A DNA stretch of 56,525 nt. Origin: Myxococcales bacterium (GTDB lineage: Bacteria > Myxococcota > Myxococcia > Myxococcales > 40CM-4-68-19). Shown here in pieces: positions 14,698 through 23,544 of the stretch. The stretch spans positions 1 to 56,525 of the forward strand of contig JBJMQD010000095.1 in the NCBI GenBank assembly GCA_045802855.1, in the 5' to 3' direction. The notes under the pieces were generated by a model. The model saw nothing but the letters and a program-made list of their open reading frames with translations, had not been told where the DNA came from and did not search any database. Every line of letters starts with the position of its first letter. The stretch's first letter is position 1. The translations under genes were made by a program, and so were the position numbers.

Positions 14698-16245
14698 TTA
14701 CGGCCCCTTCTTCGAAACGGATCTCGGCAGGTGGATGGTGAACGTGGTGCCGCCCTCTGCGGAGGACTCCGCGAAAGCCTGCCCATCGTGTGCTGCGGCG
14801 ATTTGCGAAACGATGAACAGGCCAAGGCCAAGACCGCCGTGCTGCCCGGCTGCTGTTCCCCGGACGCCGCGCCGATAGGCCTTGAACAGCTCCGGCAGCA
14901 CATCCGCCGGAATCGCTGCGCCTCCATTGTGGACCTTGATCTCGACGATGTGCGCCGCCGATGCGATCGATTGTACTCGTATCGGCGACTCTGCGCCATG
15001 TTGGATCGCGTTGGTGATCAAGTTGGTCAGTGCTTGCTCGATGCGGTCGGGATCCCAGGAGCCAGTGCCGTCGCCGGCTGTTTCCAAGGAAATGTTACTG
15101 GAGGGATTGGCGCTGCGACATTCCTCGATCGAGTCTTTACAAATCGCATGGAGGTTCGCCCGGGCAAGGACCACCGGCAGCCCGCCGGGCGTATGGGTAC
15201 GGGTATAGTCGAGCAGATCGCTGATGAGCCTGGCCATCCGGGCCGTGCTGCGCGCAATGCGGTCGAGCGAGGCGACCGACGACGGCGGGAGCTCCGCCTG
15301 GCGGCGCAAGAGGGCGATGGACCCGACGATGGTCGCCAGGGGATTGCGCAGATCATGCCCGACGATCCCGATGATCTGCTGCTGGAATTCCACGTTCTTG
15401 CGCGCCACCTCGAGATCGTGCCGCTCGGAAGTCACGTCGCGCAGGGAGATGACGACGTCTTCGATCTCGTCTCGCGCGTCGCGCAGCCCTGTGGCCTCCG
15501 CGAGGAGAGCGGCGCGGCCGGCGTCGGTCTCGACGGTCATCTCGGCGTGGAACAGGGCGGGCTCCCGGGTCGCGTGAGCCACAAGCGCCGCCGCGTCCCT
15601 CTTGCCGCTTCCGTCCATGCCCCACCAGCGCTCTTCCTGGAACCGCGCTCCGAGCAGCGCCTCGCGAGGATGGCCGAGGATGCGCTCGGCTGCGTGGTTG
15701 ACGAGCTTCATCCGCCCCGTCGGGTCGACCACGAGCAGTCCTTCCTGGACGGATTCGATCAGCCGCGAGAGCGCCTTCTCCTTGGCGGTGGCATCGGCGA
15801 GGAGGTCCCCGATGAGGACGTTTGCCTCTGCGACGTCCCGGAACGCCTTGCGCTGGTCGGTCACGTCTACCGCGACGATGCCAATCCCGATCGTCTCCCG
15901 ATCGCTGGGCCGGAGGACGGGGTGCAGCTTGACGAGAACCGACCGCCCTCCGGACACGAACTCGGCGTCCTGCGCCACTCCGGATGCCGCCTGGCGCAGA
16001 CCTTCGGCGAACGCCGGCGGCAGTAGGGAACTCGTGTCGCGGTCCTGGTAGTGCGCGGTGACGGACAGGCCGTCGAATTTCGCCAGCGCCTCGTTGACCC
16101 GGATGAAACGAAGGGCGTGGTCGCAAAGACCCAGCCCCACCGGGACGTCCCACACGGCGTCCAGGAAGCGCCAAGCGGCGTCTTCTTCAGGATTCCGTGC
16201 GGGACCGGGACCGGACCCGAGCTTGCGCTCGTCTGTCAGCTCCAA
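14698..16245 (-). CDS. Cytoplasmic PAS-PAS sensor histidine kinase.
   Basis: H-box IIGIVGHDLRNPLATIVG. N box LTNLITNAIQHG. G boxes GGLGLGLFIVSQIAAAHDG. There are two PAS-like segments and no TM helix. Confidence 0.85.
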   Translation of the reverse strand: MELTDERKLGSGPGPARNPEEDAAWRFLDAVWDVPVGLGLCDHALRFIRVNEALAKFDGLSVTAHYQDRDTSSLLPPAFAEGLRQAASGVAQDAEFVSGGRSVLVKLHPVLRPSDRETIGIGIVAVDVTDQRKAFRDVAEANVLIGDLLADATAKEKALSRLIESVQEGLLVVDPTGRMKLVNHAAERILGHPREALLGARFQEERWWGMDGSGKRDAAALVAHATREPALFHAEMTVETDAGRAALLAEATGLRDARDEIEDVVISLRDVTSERHDLEVARKNVEFQQQIIGIVGHDLRNPLATIVGSIALLRRQAELPPSSVASLDRIARSTARMARLISDLLDYTRTHTPGGLPVVLARANLHAICKDSIEECRSANPSSNISLETAGDGTGSWDPDRIEQALTNLITNAIQHGAESPIRVQSIASAAHIVEIKVHNGGAAIPADVLPELFKAYRRGVRGTAAGQHGGLGLGLFIVSQIAAAHDGQAFAESSAEGGTTFTIHLPRSVSKKGP

Positions 16246-16304
16246 ACTCGACCTCCTCCGGCAGGATATACGAGAGGCGGTCGTCAGACACGGTGAACGG
16301 CTCC

Positions 16305-17918
16305 CTAGTTGTCGCCCAGGTCCGCCGTCGTGCGACCCCTCTTCGGCCGCTCGGCGATCATCGCCTCGGTGGTCAAGAGGAGACCGGCGACGCTGGCCGC
16401 GTTTTGCAGCGCGTGCCGGCTCACCTTGGTGGGGTCGATGATGCCGGCCGCGAGCAGGTCCTCGTACTGGCCGGTCGCGGCATTGAAGCCGAATGCGCCT
16501 TTGCCCTCGCGCACCTTGCCGACGACGATGCTGGCCTCATGACCGCCGTTCGCGGCGATTTGCCGCGTGGGCTCCTCGAGCGCACGGCGCACGATTTCGA
16601 CGCCGAACTTCTCCGCGCCGGAAACGACCAAATCGTCGAGCGCCGGCAGGCACCGCAGGTAGGCGACGCCGCCGCCGGGAACCACGCCCTCCTCGACGGC
16701 TGCGCGCGTCGCATGGAGCGCGTCCTCGACACGGGCTTTCTTCTCCTTCATCTCCAGCTCGCTGGCCGCGCCGACGCTGATGATCGCCACGCCTCCGGCG
16801 AGCTTGGCGAGCCTTTCCTGCAGCTTCTCGCGGTCGTAATCGGACCCTTCGGTAATGTCGGCGAGCTGGGCCCTGAGCTGCTTCACCCGGGCGTGGACGG
16901 CCTCTTTGCTGCCGGCGCCCTCGATGATCGTGGTGCTGTCCTTGTCGACGACGATGCGCCTCGCGCGTCCCAGATCGGCGAGTCCCACCTTCTCGAGCTT
17001 GATGCCGAGGTCTTCGGAGATGAGCTTCGCGCCGGTGAGCGTGGCGATGTCGTCGAGCACCGCCTTGCGACGGTCGCCGAATCCGGGAGCTCGAACTGCG
17101 CACACCTTCAGCGTGGCGCGGAGCTGGTTGACGACGAGCGTTGCCAGCGCATCGCCTTCCAGCTCTTCGGCAATCACGAGGAGCGGTTTGCCTGCCTGCG
17201 CGACCTCCTCGAGGAGCGGCAGGAAATCCTTCATCCCGGAAAGCTTCTTCTCGTGGACGAGCACGTACGCGTCCTCGAGCACGACCTCCATGCGGGCCTG
17301 GTCGGTGACGAAGTACGGCGAGAGATAGCCGCGGTCGAACTGCATCCCTTCGACCACTTCCAGCGTCGTGGTGAGGCCCTTCGCTTCCTCGACGGTGATG
17401 ACGCCGTCCTTGCCCACCTTGTCCATCGCCTCGGCGATGACGTTGCCGACGGTGGCATCGCCGTTGGCCGAGATGATGCCGACTTGCGCGATCTCGCTCC
17501 GTCCCTGCGTCGGCTTGGAGAGCTTCTTCAGCGCCTCGATGACGGCGGCGACGGCCTTGTCGATGCCGCGCTTGATCTCCATCGGGCCGTTGCCGGCGGA
17601 GACGAGCCTCGATCCTTCGCGGTAGATGGCTTGCGCGAGGACGGTGGCGGTCGTCGTCCCGTCGCCGGCGATGTCCGAGGTGCGGCTCGCCACCTCCTTC
17701 ACCATCTGCGCAACCATGTTCTCGAACCGATCGCGGAGCTCGATCGCCTTCGCCACCGTCACGCCGTCCTTGGTGACGACCGGCGCGCCGAACGATTGCT
17801 CGAGGACGACGTTGCGGCCCTTGGGGCCCAGGGTGACCTTCACGGCGTTGGAGAGAGCGTCGATACCGCGCAGGATTGCCTCGCGGCCGCGGGTGTCGAA
17901 CAGGATGTCTTTTGACAT
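16305..17918 (-). CDS. groEL: Chaperonin GroEL paralog. There is no adjacent groES and the C-terminal tail is not the GGM type.
   Basis: This is ORF 16305..17981, trimmed to [41 protein letters not shown] (ATG 17918). [12 protein letters not shown] is present. The protein ends ...[21 protein letters not shown] rather than with a Gly-Gly-Met repeat. Confidence 0.9.
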   Translation of the reverse strand: MSKDILFDTRGREAILRGIDALSNAVKVTLGPKGRNVVLEQSFGAPVVTKDGVTVAKAIELRDRFENMVAQMVKEVASRTSDIAGDGTTTATVLAQAIYREGSRLVSAGNGPMEIKRGIDKAVAAVIEALKKLSKPTQGRSEIAQVGIISANGDATVGNVIAEAMDKVGKDGVITVEEAKGLTTTLEVVEGMQFDRGYLSPYFVTDQARMEVVLEDAYVLVHEKKLSGMKDFLPLLEEVAQAGKPLLVIAEELEGDALATLVVNQLRATLKVCAVRAPGFGDRRKAVLDDIATLTGAKLISEDLGIKLEKVGLADLGRARRIVVDKDSTTIIEGAGSKEAVHARVKQLRAQLADITEGSDYDREKLQERLAKLAGGVAIISVGAASELEMKEKKARVEDALHATRAAVEEGVVPGGGVAYLRCLPALDDLVVSGAEKFGVEIVRRALEEPTRQIAANGGHEASIVVGKVREGKGAFGFNAATGQYEDLLAAGIIDPTKVSRHALQNAASVAGLLLTTEAMIAERPKRGRTTADLGDN

Positions 17919-17977
17919 TTTTATTTTCCTTGGACCCGGCCGGAGCGCAGCGGGCGCCGCGCTCCCTGCCGGAATCG

Positions 17978-18445
17978 TCATTGCTTCTGCTTCAAGACCC
18001 CGGGAAGAGTCGACTCGACCTCCACCTTGATCTGGCGCGGCTTCGTCTCGCTCTTCTTCGGCAGGAAGATGCGCAGCACCCCGTCGCGGCCCTGCGCCGT
18101 GATGTTGCCCAGGTCCACTGTCGAGGGCAGCGTGAAGCTTCGGCTTAAGGAGTCGTAGTAGCGCTCGATGCGGTGATAATCCTCCCGCTTGTCGGCGTTC
18201 TCGAGCTTGCGCTCGCCGCGCAACGTCAGCGCGTTGCCCTCGAGCTGGATGGCGACGTCGCTCGCGGCGACCTCGGGCAGCTCGACCTTCAGGGTAATGC
18301 CCTCTTGATCTTCGAAAATGTCCACCAGCGGCGACCAGGCAGACGTCGCGGCGCGGATCTCTTCGCCTCTGTCGACGGGCTGATGGACATGTTGGTGGAA
18401 GAGCTGGTGGTGAAGCTGAAGCGGATCGTAGCGAGCGACGAACAT
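17978..18445 (-). CDS. Small heat-shock protein (Hsp20/alpha-crystallin family).
   Basis: Alpha-crystallin core [23 protein letters not shown]...ALTLRGERK...[22 protein letters not shown]...GVLRIFLPK. Confidence 0.9.
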   Translation of the reverse strand: MFVARYDPLQLHHQLFHQHVHQPVDRGEEIRAATSAWSPLVDIFEDQEGITLKVELPEVAASDVAIQLEGNALTLRGERKLENADKREDYHRIERYYDSLSRSFTLPSTVDLGNITAQGRDGVLRIFLPKKSETKPRQIKVEVESTLPGVLKQKQ

Positions 18446-18491
18446 TGGGAACCTCCCCGCTGAACGGGCGCCTCGAACGGCGCAGGGGAGG
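18446..18491 (-). promoter_or_regulatory. Hairpin in the hsp20 5' UTR that sequesters the Shine-Dalgarno sequence (RNA-thermometer-like).
   Basis: mRNA sense: CCUCCCC-UGCGCCGUUCGAGGCGCCCGUUCAGC-GGGGAGG-UUCCCA-AUG. The 7-nt anti-SD (18485-18491) is perfectly complementary to the SD GGGGAGG (18452-18458). An inner GCGCC/GGCGC stem is also present. Confidence 0.4.
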
Positions 18492-18523
18492 CCATCGACC
18501 GATCCACGACCCCCAGCCGATTC

Positions 18524-18551
18524 AACGTAACCACCGGAAGGGGCTCGTCAA
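18524..18551 (-). promoter_or_regulatory. Tentative sigma-70-type promoter for hsp20.
   Basis: The minus strand reads TTGACG (18551-18546), a 16-nt spacer, then TACGTT (18529-18524). This would give a 5' UTR of about 70 nt. The -10 match is weak. Confidence 0.25.
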
Positions 18552-18657
18552 CACGCGGCCGGAGAAAGTCCGCGATGCGCCGGCGTGTTATCATCTGCTC
18601 ACGCCCGCGGCCTCCGACGCGCCGTCGAACACTCCGGACGTGGAAGGAGCGAGGCGA

Positions 18658-19110
18658 ATGCCTGTCTACGATCCATACGCTCGCAGCGTCGAGCGGAGCG
18701 CCGGACATAGAGGACCGATCAACGAGCGGGAGCGACTGCTCGTCGTGGACGGCAGCGCCGCGACGCGCGCGACGCTCTCGGAATACCTCGACCGCGTCGG
18801 ATACCGGGCCCTCTTCGCCTCGACCGGGGCGGAGGCGCTGGCGATGCTGCACGCCGGTCTGCAGACCGATGCCATCGTGTACGACGCGAACATGCCCGCG
18901 ATGGGCGGGACCGCCTTCCTGCGCCAGCTCCATTCCGAGGGAAATTCGACGCGGGTATTGCTCATGACCGAAAAACGCGGAGCCGAAGAAAAGGGCGCCA
19001 ATGCGCCGGATGCGGCCATCGCGAAGCCGTTCCTGCTGGTCGATTTTGGCGACAAGCTCTTACAGATGTTGACCGCGCCGCGGCTCAGTCGCGCGGCCGC
19101 TTCGCCGTAG
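18658..19110 (+). CDS. Stand-alone CheY-like response regulator receiver.
   Basis: This is ORF 18445..19110, trimmed to MPVYDPY (ATG 18658, with GGAAGGAG upstream). LLVVDGS, acceptor DAIVYDANMPAMGG, VLLMTE and AKPF are present. There is no output domain. Confidence 0.8.
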   Translation: MPVYDPYARSVERSAGHRGPINERERLLVVDGSAATRATLSEYLDRVGYRALFASTGAEALAMLHAGLQTDAIVYDANMPAMGGTAFLRQLHSEGNSTRVLLMTEKRGAEEKGANAPDAAIAKPFLLVDFGDKLLQMLTAPRLSRAAASP

Positions 19111-19217
19111 AGAACCCTCGAGCCGTTGCAGAGGCGCTCGCGGTCCGAGCCGGGGAGCGAGCCCTTTGTTCTCGTCGGGGTCCGGTTCGCTGTCGAGATG
19201 CTTCCTGCGGAATTAGA

Positions 19218-20294
19218 TTGTTCGCCATGTTGCTGGATTTCATCCGGGAGAATCGGGCGGAGCTCATCCGCGTCGCGCGGGAAAAGGTCCGAGGCCGGTC
19301 GGCGCCGCGCCCGACGGACGAAGAGCTCGAGACCGGCATACCGCTCTTCCTCTCGCAGTTCACCGACCTCCTCGCCGTGACGAAAGCCAGCGCGACGCCG
19401 TCGCCCACGCTTGGCGCCGGCGCCAATGCGCACGGCGTGGATCTCCTCCGGCGCGGCTTCACCATCGCGCAGGTCGTCCACGACTATGGCGACATCTGCG
19501 AGGCGATCACCGAGCTTGCCATCGTGAAGAACAAGCAATTCAGCACGCCCGAGTTCCACATCCTCAACCAGTGCCTCGACAACGCCATCGCCGAGGCCGT
19601 CACCGGATATTCGCGCCAGCGCGAGCGCAACATCTCCGCCGCCGAGGTCGAGCGCCTCGGCTGCCTCGCGCACGATCTGCGCGACCAGCTGTCGAACGCC
19701 GCGCTCGCTTTTCAGATCCTCAAGGGCGAAAGCGTCACCATCGGCGGGAGCACCGGAGCGCTGCTCGAGCGGAGCCTCGCCGGTCTGCGCAGCTTGATCG
19801 ATCGCTCCATGGCCGAGGTGCGGCTCGCGAGCGGACAGCACAAGCGGACCCGGGTCGTCCTCGCCGAGTTCATCGAAGAGGTGGAGGTAGCCGCCGCGCT
19901 CGATGCGAAAGCGAGGAGTCTCGAGCTCACCGTCGGCCGGGTCGATTACGACATCGCCGTCCAGGCTGACCGCCAGCTGCTCGGGTCAGCCGTATCGAAC
20001 CTCCTGCACAACGCGTTCAAGCTCACCCCCGCTCATGGCCGCGTATCGCTGCGGACACGCAAGTCGGGCGATCACGTCCTCATCGAGATCGAGGACGAGT
20101 GCGGAGGGCTCCCCCGCGGCAAGGCGGAGGAGTTGTTCCGTCCTTTCGACCGGCGCGGCGCTGACCAGACCGGCCTGGGGCTCGGTCTGTCCATCAGCCG
20201 CAAGAGCGTGGACGCGAACGGCGGCGAGATCCATGTGGAGAACAAGCCCGGCAAGGGCTGTGTCTTCACCATCGAGCTGCCAATCGCGGCCTGA
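19218..20294 (+). CDS. Soluble histidine kinase with an N-terminal helical sensor domain.
   Basis: H-box LGCLAHDLRDQLSNA. N box VSNLLHNAFKLT. G boxes GLGLGLSISRKSVDANGGEIHVENKPGKGCVFTIELP. The N-terminal ~130 aa (MLLDFIRENRAELIRVAREKV...) resemble RsbRD_N-type domains as I remember them. No TM helix. Confidence 0.8.
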   Translation: MFAMLLDFIRENRAELIRVAREKVRGRSAPRPTDEELETGIPLFLSQFTDLLAVTKASATPSPTLGAGANAHGVDLLRRGFTIAQVVHDYGDICEAITELAIVKNKQFSTPEFHILNQCLDNAIAEAVTGYSRQRERNISAAEVERLGCLAHDLRDQLSNAALAFQILKGESVTIGGSTGALLERSLAGLRSLIDRSMAEVRLASGQHKRTRVVLAEFIEEVEVAAALDAKARSLELTVGRVDYDIAVQADRQLLGSAVSNLLHNAFKLTPAHGRVSLRTRKSGDHVLIEIEDECGGLPRGKAEELFRPFDRRGADQTGLGLGLSISRKSVDANGGEIHVENKPGKGCVFTIELPIAA

Positions 20295-20299
20295 CGAGG

Positions 20300-21172
20300 C
20301 TAGCGCTCCACGGCCCGCGCCGCTGCCTTGCGCAGCGCGCGCTCCGCGATCACGGATGCGAGATGCGCCTTGTACGCAGGCGAGCCGAGGTTGTCGCCGC
20401 GAATCTCGATCCCCTCCGCGGTCCGCGCTGCCGCGGCCTTGAGAGTGTTGGGATCGGGCGTCTTGCCCGTCAGCGCCTGCTCGACGTAGCCCGCGCGGGT
20501 GACCTTGCTCCCGAGACCGGTGATCGCCACCCGGGCCTGCTGCACGGCGCCCTTGCCGTCTAGTTGCAGCGCCGCGGCGACGCCGACGATCGCGAAGCGC
20601 GACGCCGGGTGCGGCTCCTTCTCGTAGGCGCTGCCCGCCTTCGCGGGCGGGAGCGGAATCCGCACGCTGACGAGGATCTCGTCGGCCTCGAGCGAATTGG
20701 TGAGCGGGCCGACGATGAGGTCGGCGATCTTCAACGTCCGCTCCCCGTTCTTGCCGACCGCCGTCACCGTCGCGTCGAGCGCGGTGGTGACGGCGGGCCA
20801 GTCAGCCGACGGATCGGCGTGCGCCAGGCTGCCGCCGATGGTGCCTTGATTGCGCACCTGTGGATCCCCGATGAATGCCGCCGCCTCGGGCAGGATGGGC
20901 AGCTTCTTGCGCAAGTCCTCCGACCGCTCGATCGCGCGATGAGGCGTGAGCGCGCCGATGACGATCGCGCCTCCCTCCTCGCGGATGCCGGTCAGCCCGG
21001 AGATCTTGCGCAGGTCGATGACGTGGGCGGGCGTCGCCAGCCGGAACTTCATCAGCGGGACGAGGCTCTGGCTGCCCGCGAGGAGCTTCGCGTCCTGGCC
21101 GTGCCGGGAGAGGAGCGCGATGGCTTCCTGGATGCTGCTCGGAGCGTGGTACTCGAATGGCGCCGGATACAT
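20300..21172 (-). CDS. coxM: Molybdenum hydroxylase medium (FAD-binding) subunit, CoxM-like.
   Basis: MYPAPFEYHAPSSIQEAIALLSRHGQDAKLLAGSQSLVPLMKFRLATPAHVIDL is a typical FAD_binding_5/CO_deh_flav_C protein. It lies 12 nt after coxL, with GGGAGAAG upstream. Confidence 0.85.
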   Translation of the reverse strand: MYPAPFEYHAPSSIQEAIALLSRHGQDAKLLAGSQSLVPLMKFRLATPAHVIDLRKISGLTGIREEGGAIVIGALTPHRAIERSEDLRKKLPILPEAAAFIGDPQVRNQGTIGGSLAHADPSADWPAVTTALDATVTAVGKNGERTLKIADLIVGPLTNSLEADEILVSVRIPLPPAKAGSAYEKEPHPASRFAIVGVAAALQLDGKGAVQQARVAITGLGSKVTRAGYVEQALTGKTPDPNTLKAAAARTAEGIEIRGDNLGSPAYKAHLASVIAERALRKAAARAVER

Positions 21173-21184
21173 GTGGTCTTCTCC

Positions 21185-23542
21185 CTAGCGGCCCGTGGAG
21201 CGGATCGCTTCCCAGACGCGACCCGGCGTGAACGGCATGTCGAGGTGGCGGATGCCGAACGGCGAGAGGGCATCCAGTACGGCGTTCGCGACCGCGGCGG
21301 TCGAGGCGATGGTCCCGGTCTCGCCCGCTCCTTTCACTCCCAGTGGATTCACCGGAGACGGCGTCTCGGTCCGTCCCACTTCCATGAACGGCACGTCGTC
21401 GGCGTGCGGCATGGCGTAGTTCATGAACGAGCCGGTGACGAGCGTTCCGTTCTCGTCGTAGATCGCCTCCTCCCACAGCGCCTGCGAGACGCCCTGGACG
21501 ATTCCGCCCTGCACCATGCCGTCGACGATCATCGGGTTGATGACGCGCCCCAGGTCGTCGACCGCCACGTAGCGGACGAGCTTCACCTTGCCGGTCTCCT
21601 TCGTCACTTCCACCACGGCGATGTGGGTGCCGAACGGGAAGACGAAGTTGCCCGGGTCGAAGAAGCTGAGCCCCTCGAGGCCGGGCTCGAGGCCCTTCGG
21701 CAGGTTGTGGGCAAGGTACGCCATCAGGGCGACGTCGCCGAAGCCCTTGGAGCGGTCGGGTGAGCCTTTGACGAAGAACTTCCCGCCCTCGTAGGTGACG
21801 TCCTCGTCCTTTGCCTCGAGGAGGTGGGCGGCGATCTTCTTGGCCTTCTCCTTGACCTTCTGCGCGCCGAGGTAGACCGCGGTGCCGCCGACGGGGCCGC
21901 TGCGCGAGCCGTAGCTGCCCATGCCGAAGGGCACCTGGCCGGTATCGCCGTGGACGATCTCGATGTCCTCGATGGGAAGCTGCAATTCGTCGGCGGCGAT
22001 CTGCGCGAAGGTCGTCTCGTGGCCCTGCCCGTGCGAGTGCGAGCCGGTGAAGACCGTCACCTTTCCGGTCGGGTGCACGCGGACGTTGGCGCTCTCGTAG
22101 AGGCCCGCCTGCGCGCCGAGGGCTCCGGCGACCTGCGACGGCGCGAGGCCGCACGCCTCGACGTAGGTGGAGAAGCCGATCCCGATATACCGACCCTGCT
22201 TGCGCAAAGTCTCCTGTTCCTTGCGCACCGCCGCGTAGTTCAAGGTCTCGAGCGCCTTGTCGAGGGCGATGGGGTAGTTGCCGCTGTCGTACTGGACGGC
22301 AACCGGCGTCTGGTACGGGAATGCCTCCTTGGGGATGAAGTTGCGACGGCGGATCTCGACCGGGTCGACGCCGATCTCCCTGGCCGCGAGATCGACCATG
22401 CGCTCGACCACGTAGCAGGCCTCGGGACGTCCGGCGCCGCGGTACGCGTCGACGGGGACGGTATTGGTAAACACGGCGGTAACGTCGACGAAGATGTTTG
22501 GAATCTGGTAGCAGCCCGACAGCAGCGTGCCGTAGAGGTACGTGGGGATCGCCGGCGCGAAGACGGACAGATAGGCGCCCATGTTGGCGATGGTCTTCGC
22601 TCGAAGGCCTACGATCTTGCCGTTCGCGTCGAGGGCGATCTCGGCTTCCGTGTCGTGGTCGCGGCCGTGGCGGTCGGTGATGAAGGCCTCGCTGCGATCG
22701 GCGGTCCACTTCACCGGGCGGTTGAGCTGCCTCGTCGCGAAGGTGACGGCGCACTCCTCGGAGTAGACGAAGATCTTCGAGCCGAAGCCGCCCCCCACGT
22801 CGGGCGAGATGATGCGCAGCTTGGTCTCCGGCATCCCCAGCACGAACGCCGCCATGAGGAGGCGATGGACGTGCGGGTTCTGCGTCGTGATCCAGGCGGT
22901 CACCTCGCCGGTGCCCGGGTTCACGCTGGCGAGCGTCGAGCGGGGCTCGATGGCGTTCGGGATGAGCCGATGGTTGCGGAAGGTCTGCTTCACGATCTTC
23001 GCGGCGCCCTTGAAGGCGTCGTCGGTCTTCTGCTTGTCGCCGATCGTCCACTTGAAGGAGACGTTGTTCGGCGCCTCGGCGTGGAGTTGCGGCGCGCCCG
23101 CCTGCGCTGCCTTCGTGCCCTCGACCACCGCGGGGAGCGGTTCATAGTCGACGTCGACCAGGTCGGCCGCGTCGCGGGCCAGGTAGGGCGTCTCGGCGAC
23201 CACGACAGCGACCGCGTCGCCCATGTAGCGCGCCTTGTCGAGCGCGAGGACGTTGTAGGGCGGGATCTTGATGTCCGGGAGGAGCCACCCGACCGGGAGC
23301 GGCTTCACGCCCGCGGCGGCGAGGTCCTTGCCGGTGTAGACGGCGAGGACGCCCTTGGCGTTGCGCGCGGCGGTGGTGTCGATGCCCTTGATGCGAGCGT
23401 GGGCGTGGGGGCTGCGCACGAAGGCGGCGTACGTCGTGCCCGGCAGCTTCACGTCGTCGACGTAGGTACCCTTGCCGGTGATGAGGCGCGGATCCTCGCG
23501 CCGCTTGATGCTCTGTCCGAAGAGCTGGGGCTGGGTGGCCAT
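21185..23542 (-). CDS. coxL: Molybdenum hydroxylase large subunit, form II CoxL-like (AYRGAGR active-site loop).
   Basis: This is ORF 21185..23893, trimmed to MATQPQLFGQSIKRREDPRLITGKGTYVDD (ATG 23542, 2 nt after the coxS stop). It contains VPVDAYRGAGRPEACYV, the form II signature, rather than AYxCSFR. Confidence 0.85.
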   Translation of the reverse strand: MATQPQLFGQSIKRREDPRLITGKGTYVDDVKLPGTTYAAFVRSPHAHARIKGIDTTAARNAKGVLAVYTGKDLAAAGVKPLPVGWLLPDIKIPPYNVLALDKARYMGDAVAVVVAETPYLARDAADLVDVDYEPLPAVVEGTKAAQAGAPQLHAEAPNNVSFKWTIGDKQKTDDAFKGAAKIVKQTFRNHRLIPNAIEPRSTLASVNPGTGEVTAWITTQNPHVHRLLMAAFVLGMPETKLRIISPDVGGGFGSKIFVYSEECAVTFATRQLNRPVKWTADRSEAFITDRHGRDHDTEAEIALDANGKIVGLRAKTIANMGAYLSVFAPAIPTYLYGTLLSGCYQIPNIFVDVTAVFTNTVPVDAYRGAGRPEACYVVERMVDLAAREIGVDPVEIRRRNFIPKEAFPYQTPVAVQYDSGNYPIALDKALETLNYAAVRKEQETLRKQGRYIGIGFSTYVEACGLAPSQVAGALGAQAGLYESANVRVHPTGKVTVFTGSHSHGQGHETTFAQIAADELQLPIEDIEIVHGDTGQVPFGMGSYGSRSGPVGGTAVYLGAQKVKEKAKKIAAHLLEAKDEDVTYEGGKFFVKGSPDRSKGFGDVALMAYLAHNLPKGLEPGLEGLSFFDPGNFVFPFGTHIAVVEVTKETGKVKLVRYVAVDDLGRVINPMIVDGMVQGGIVQGVSQALWEEAIYDENGTLVTGSFMNYAMPHADDVPFMEVGRTETPSPVNPLGVKGAGETGTIASTAAVANAVLDALSPFGIRHLDMPFTPGRVWEAIRSTGR

Positions 23543-23544
23543 GG

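Noticed and set aside
17919-17981. An N-terminal extension of the groEL ORF ([21 protein letters not shown]) overlapping the hsp20 stop. Similar upstream extensions exist in the ORF track for coxL, coxS, adh, DUF885, the RND pump, urtB, ilvB, amt and others.
   Set aside because: In each case a conserved family N-terminus begins at an internal ATG or GTG with a Shine-Dalgarno-like sequence. The extension is compositionally non-coding, or it contains a promoter, as for amt.
17919-18657. A CIRCE (TTAGCACTC-N9-GAGTGCTAA) or ROSE-like element near groEL or hsp20.
   Set aside because: I found no match to either consensus by eye in the hsp20-groEL spacer or upstream of hsp20. The SD-masking hairpin reported in the findings is unrelated in sequence.
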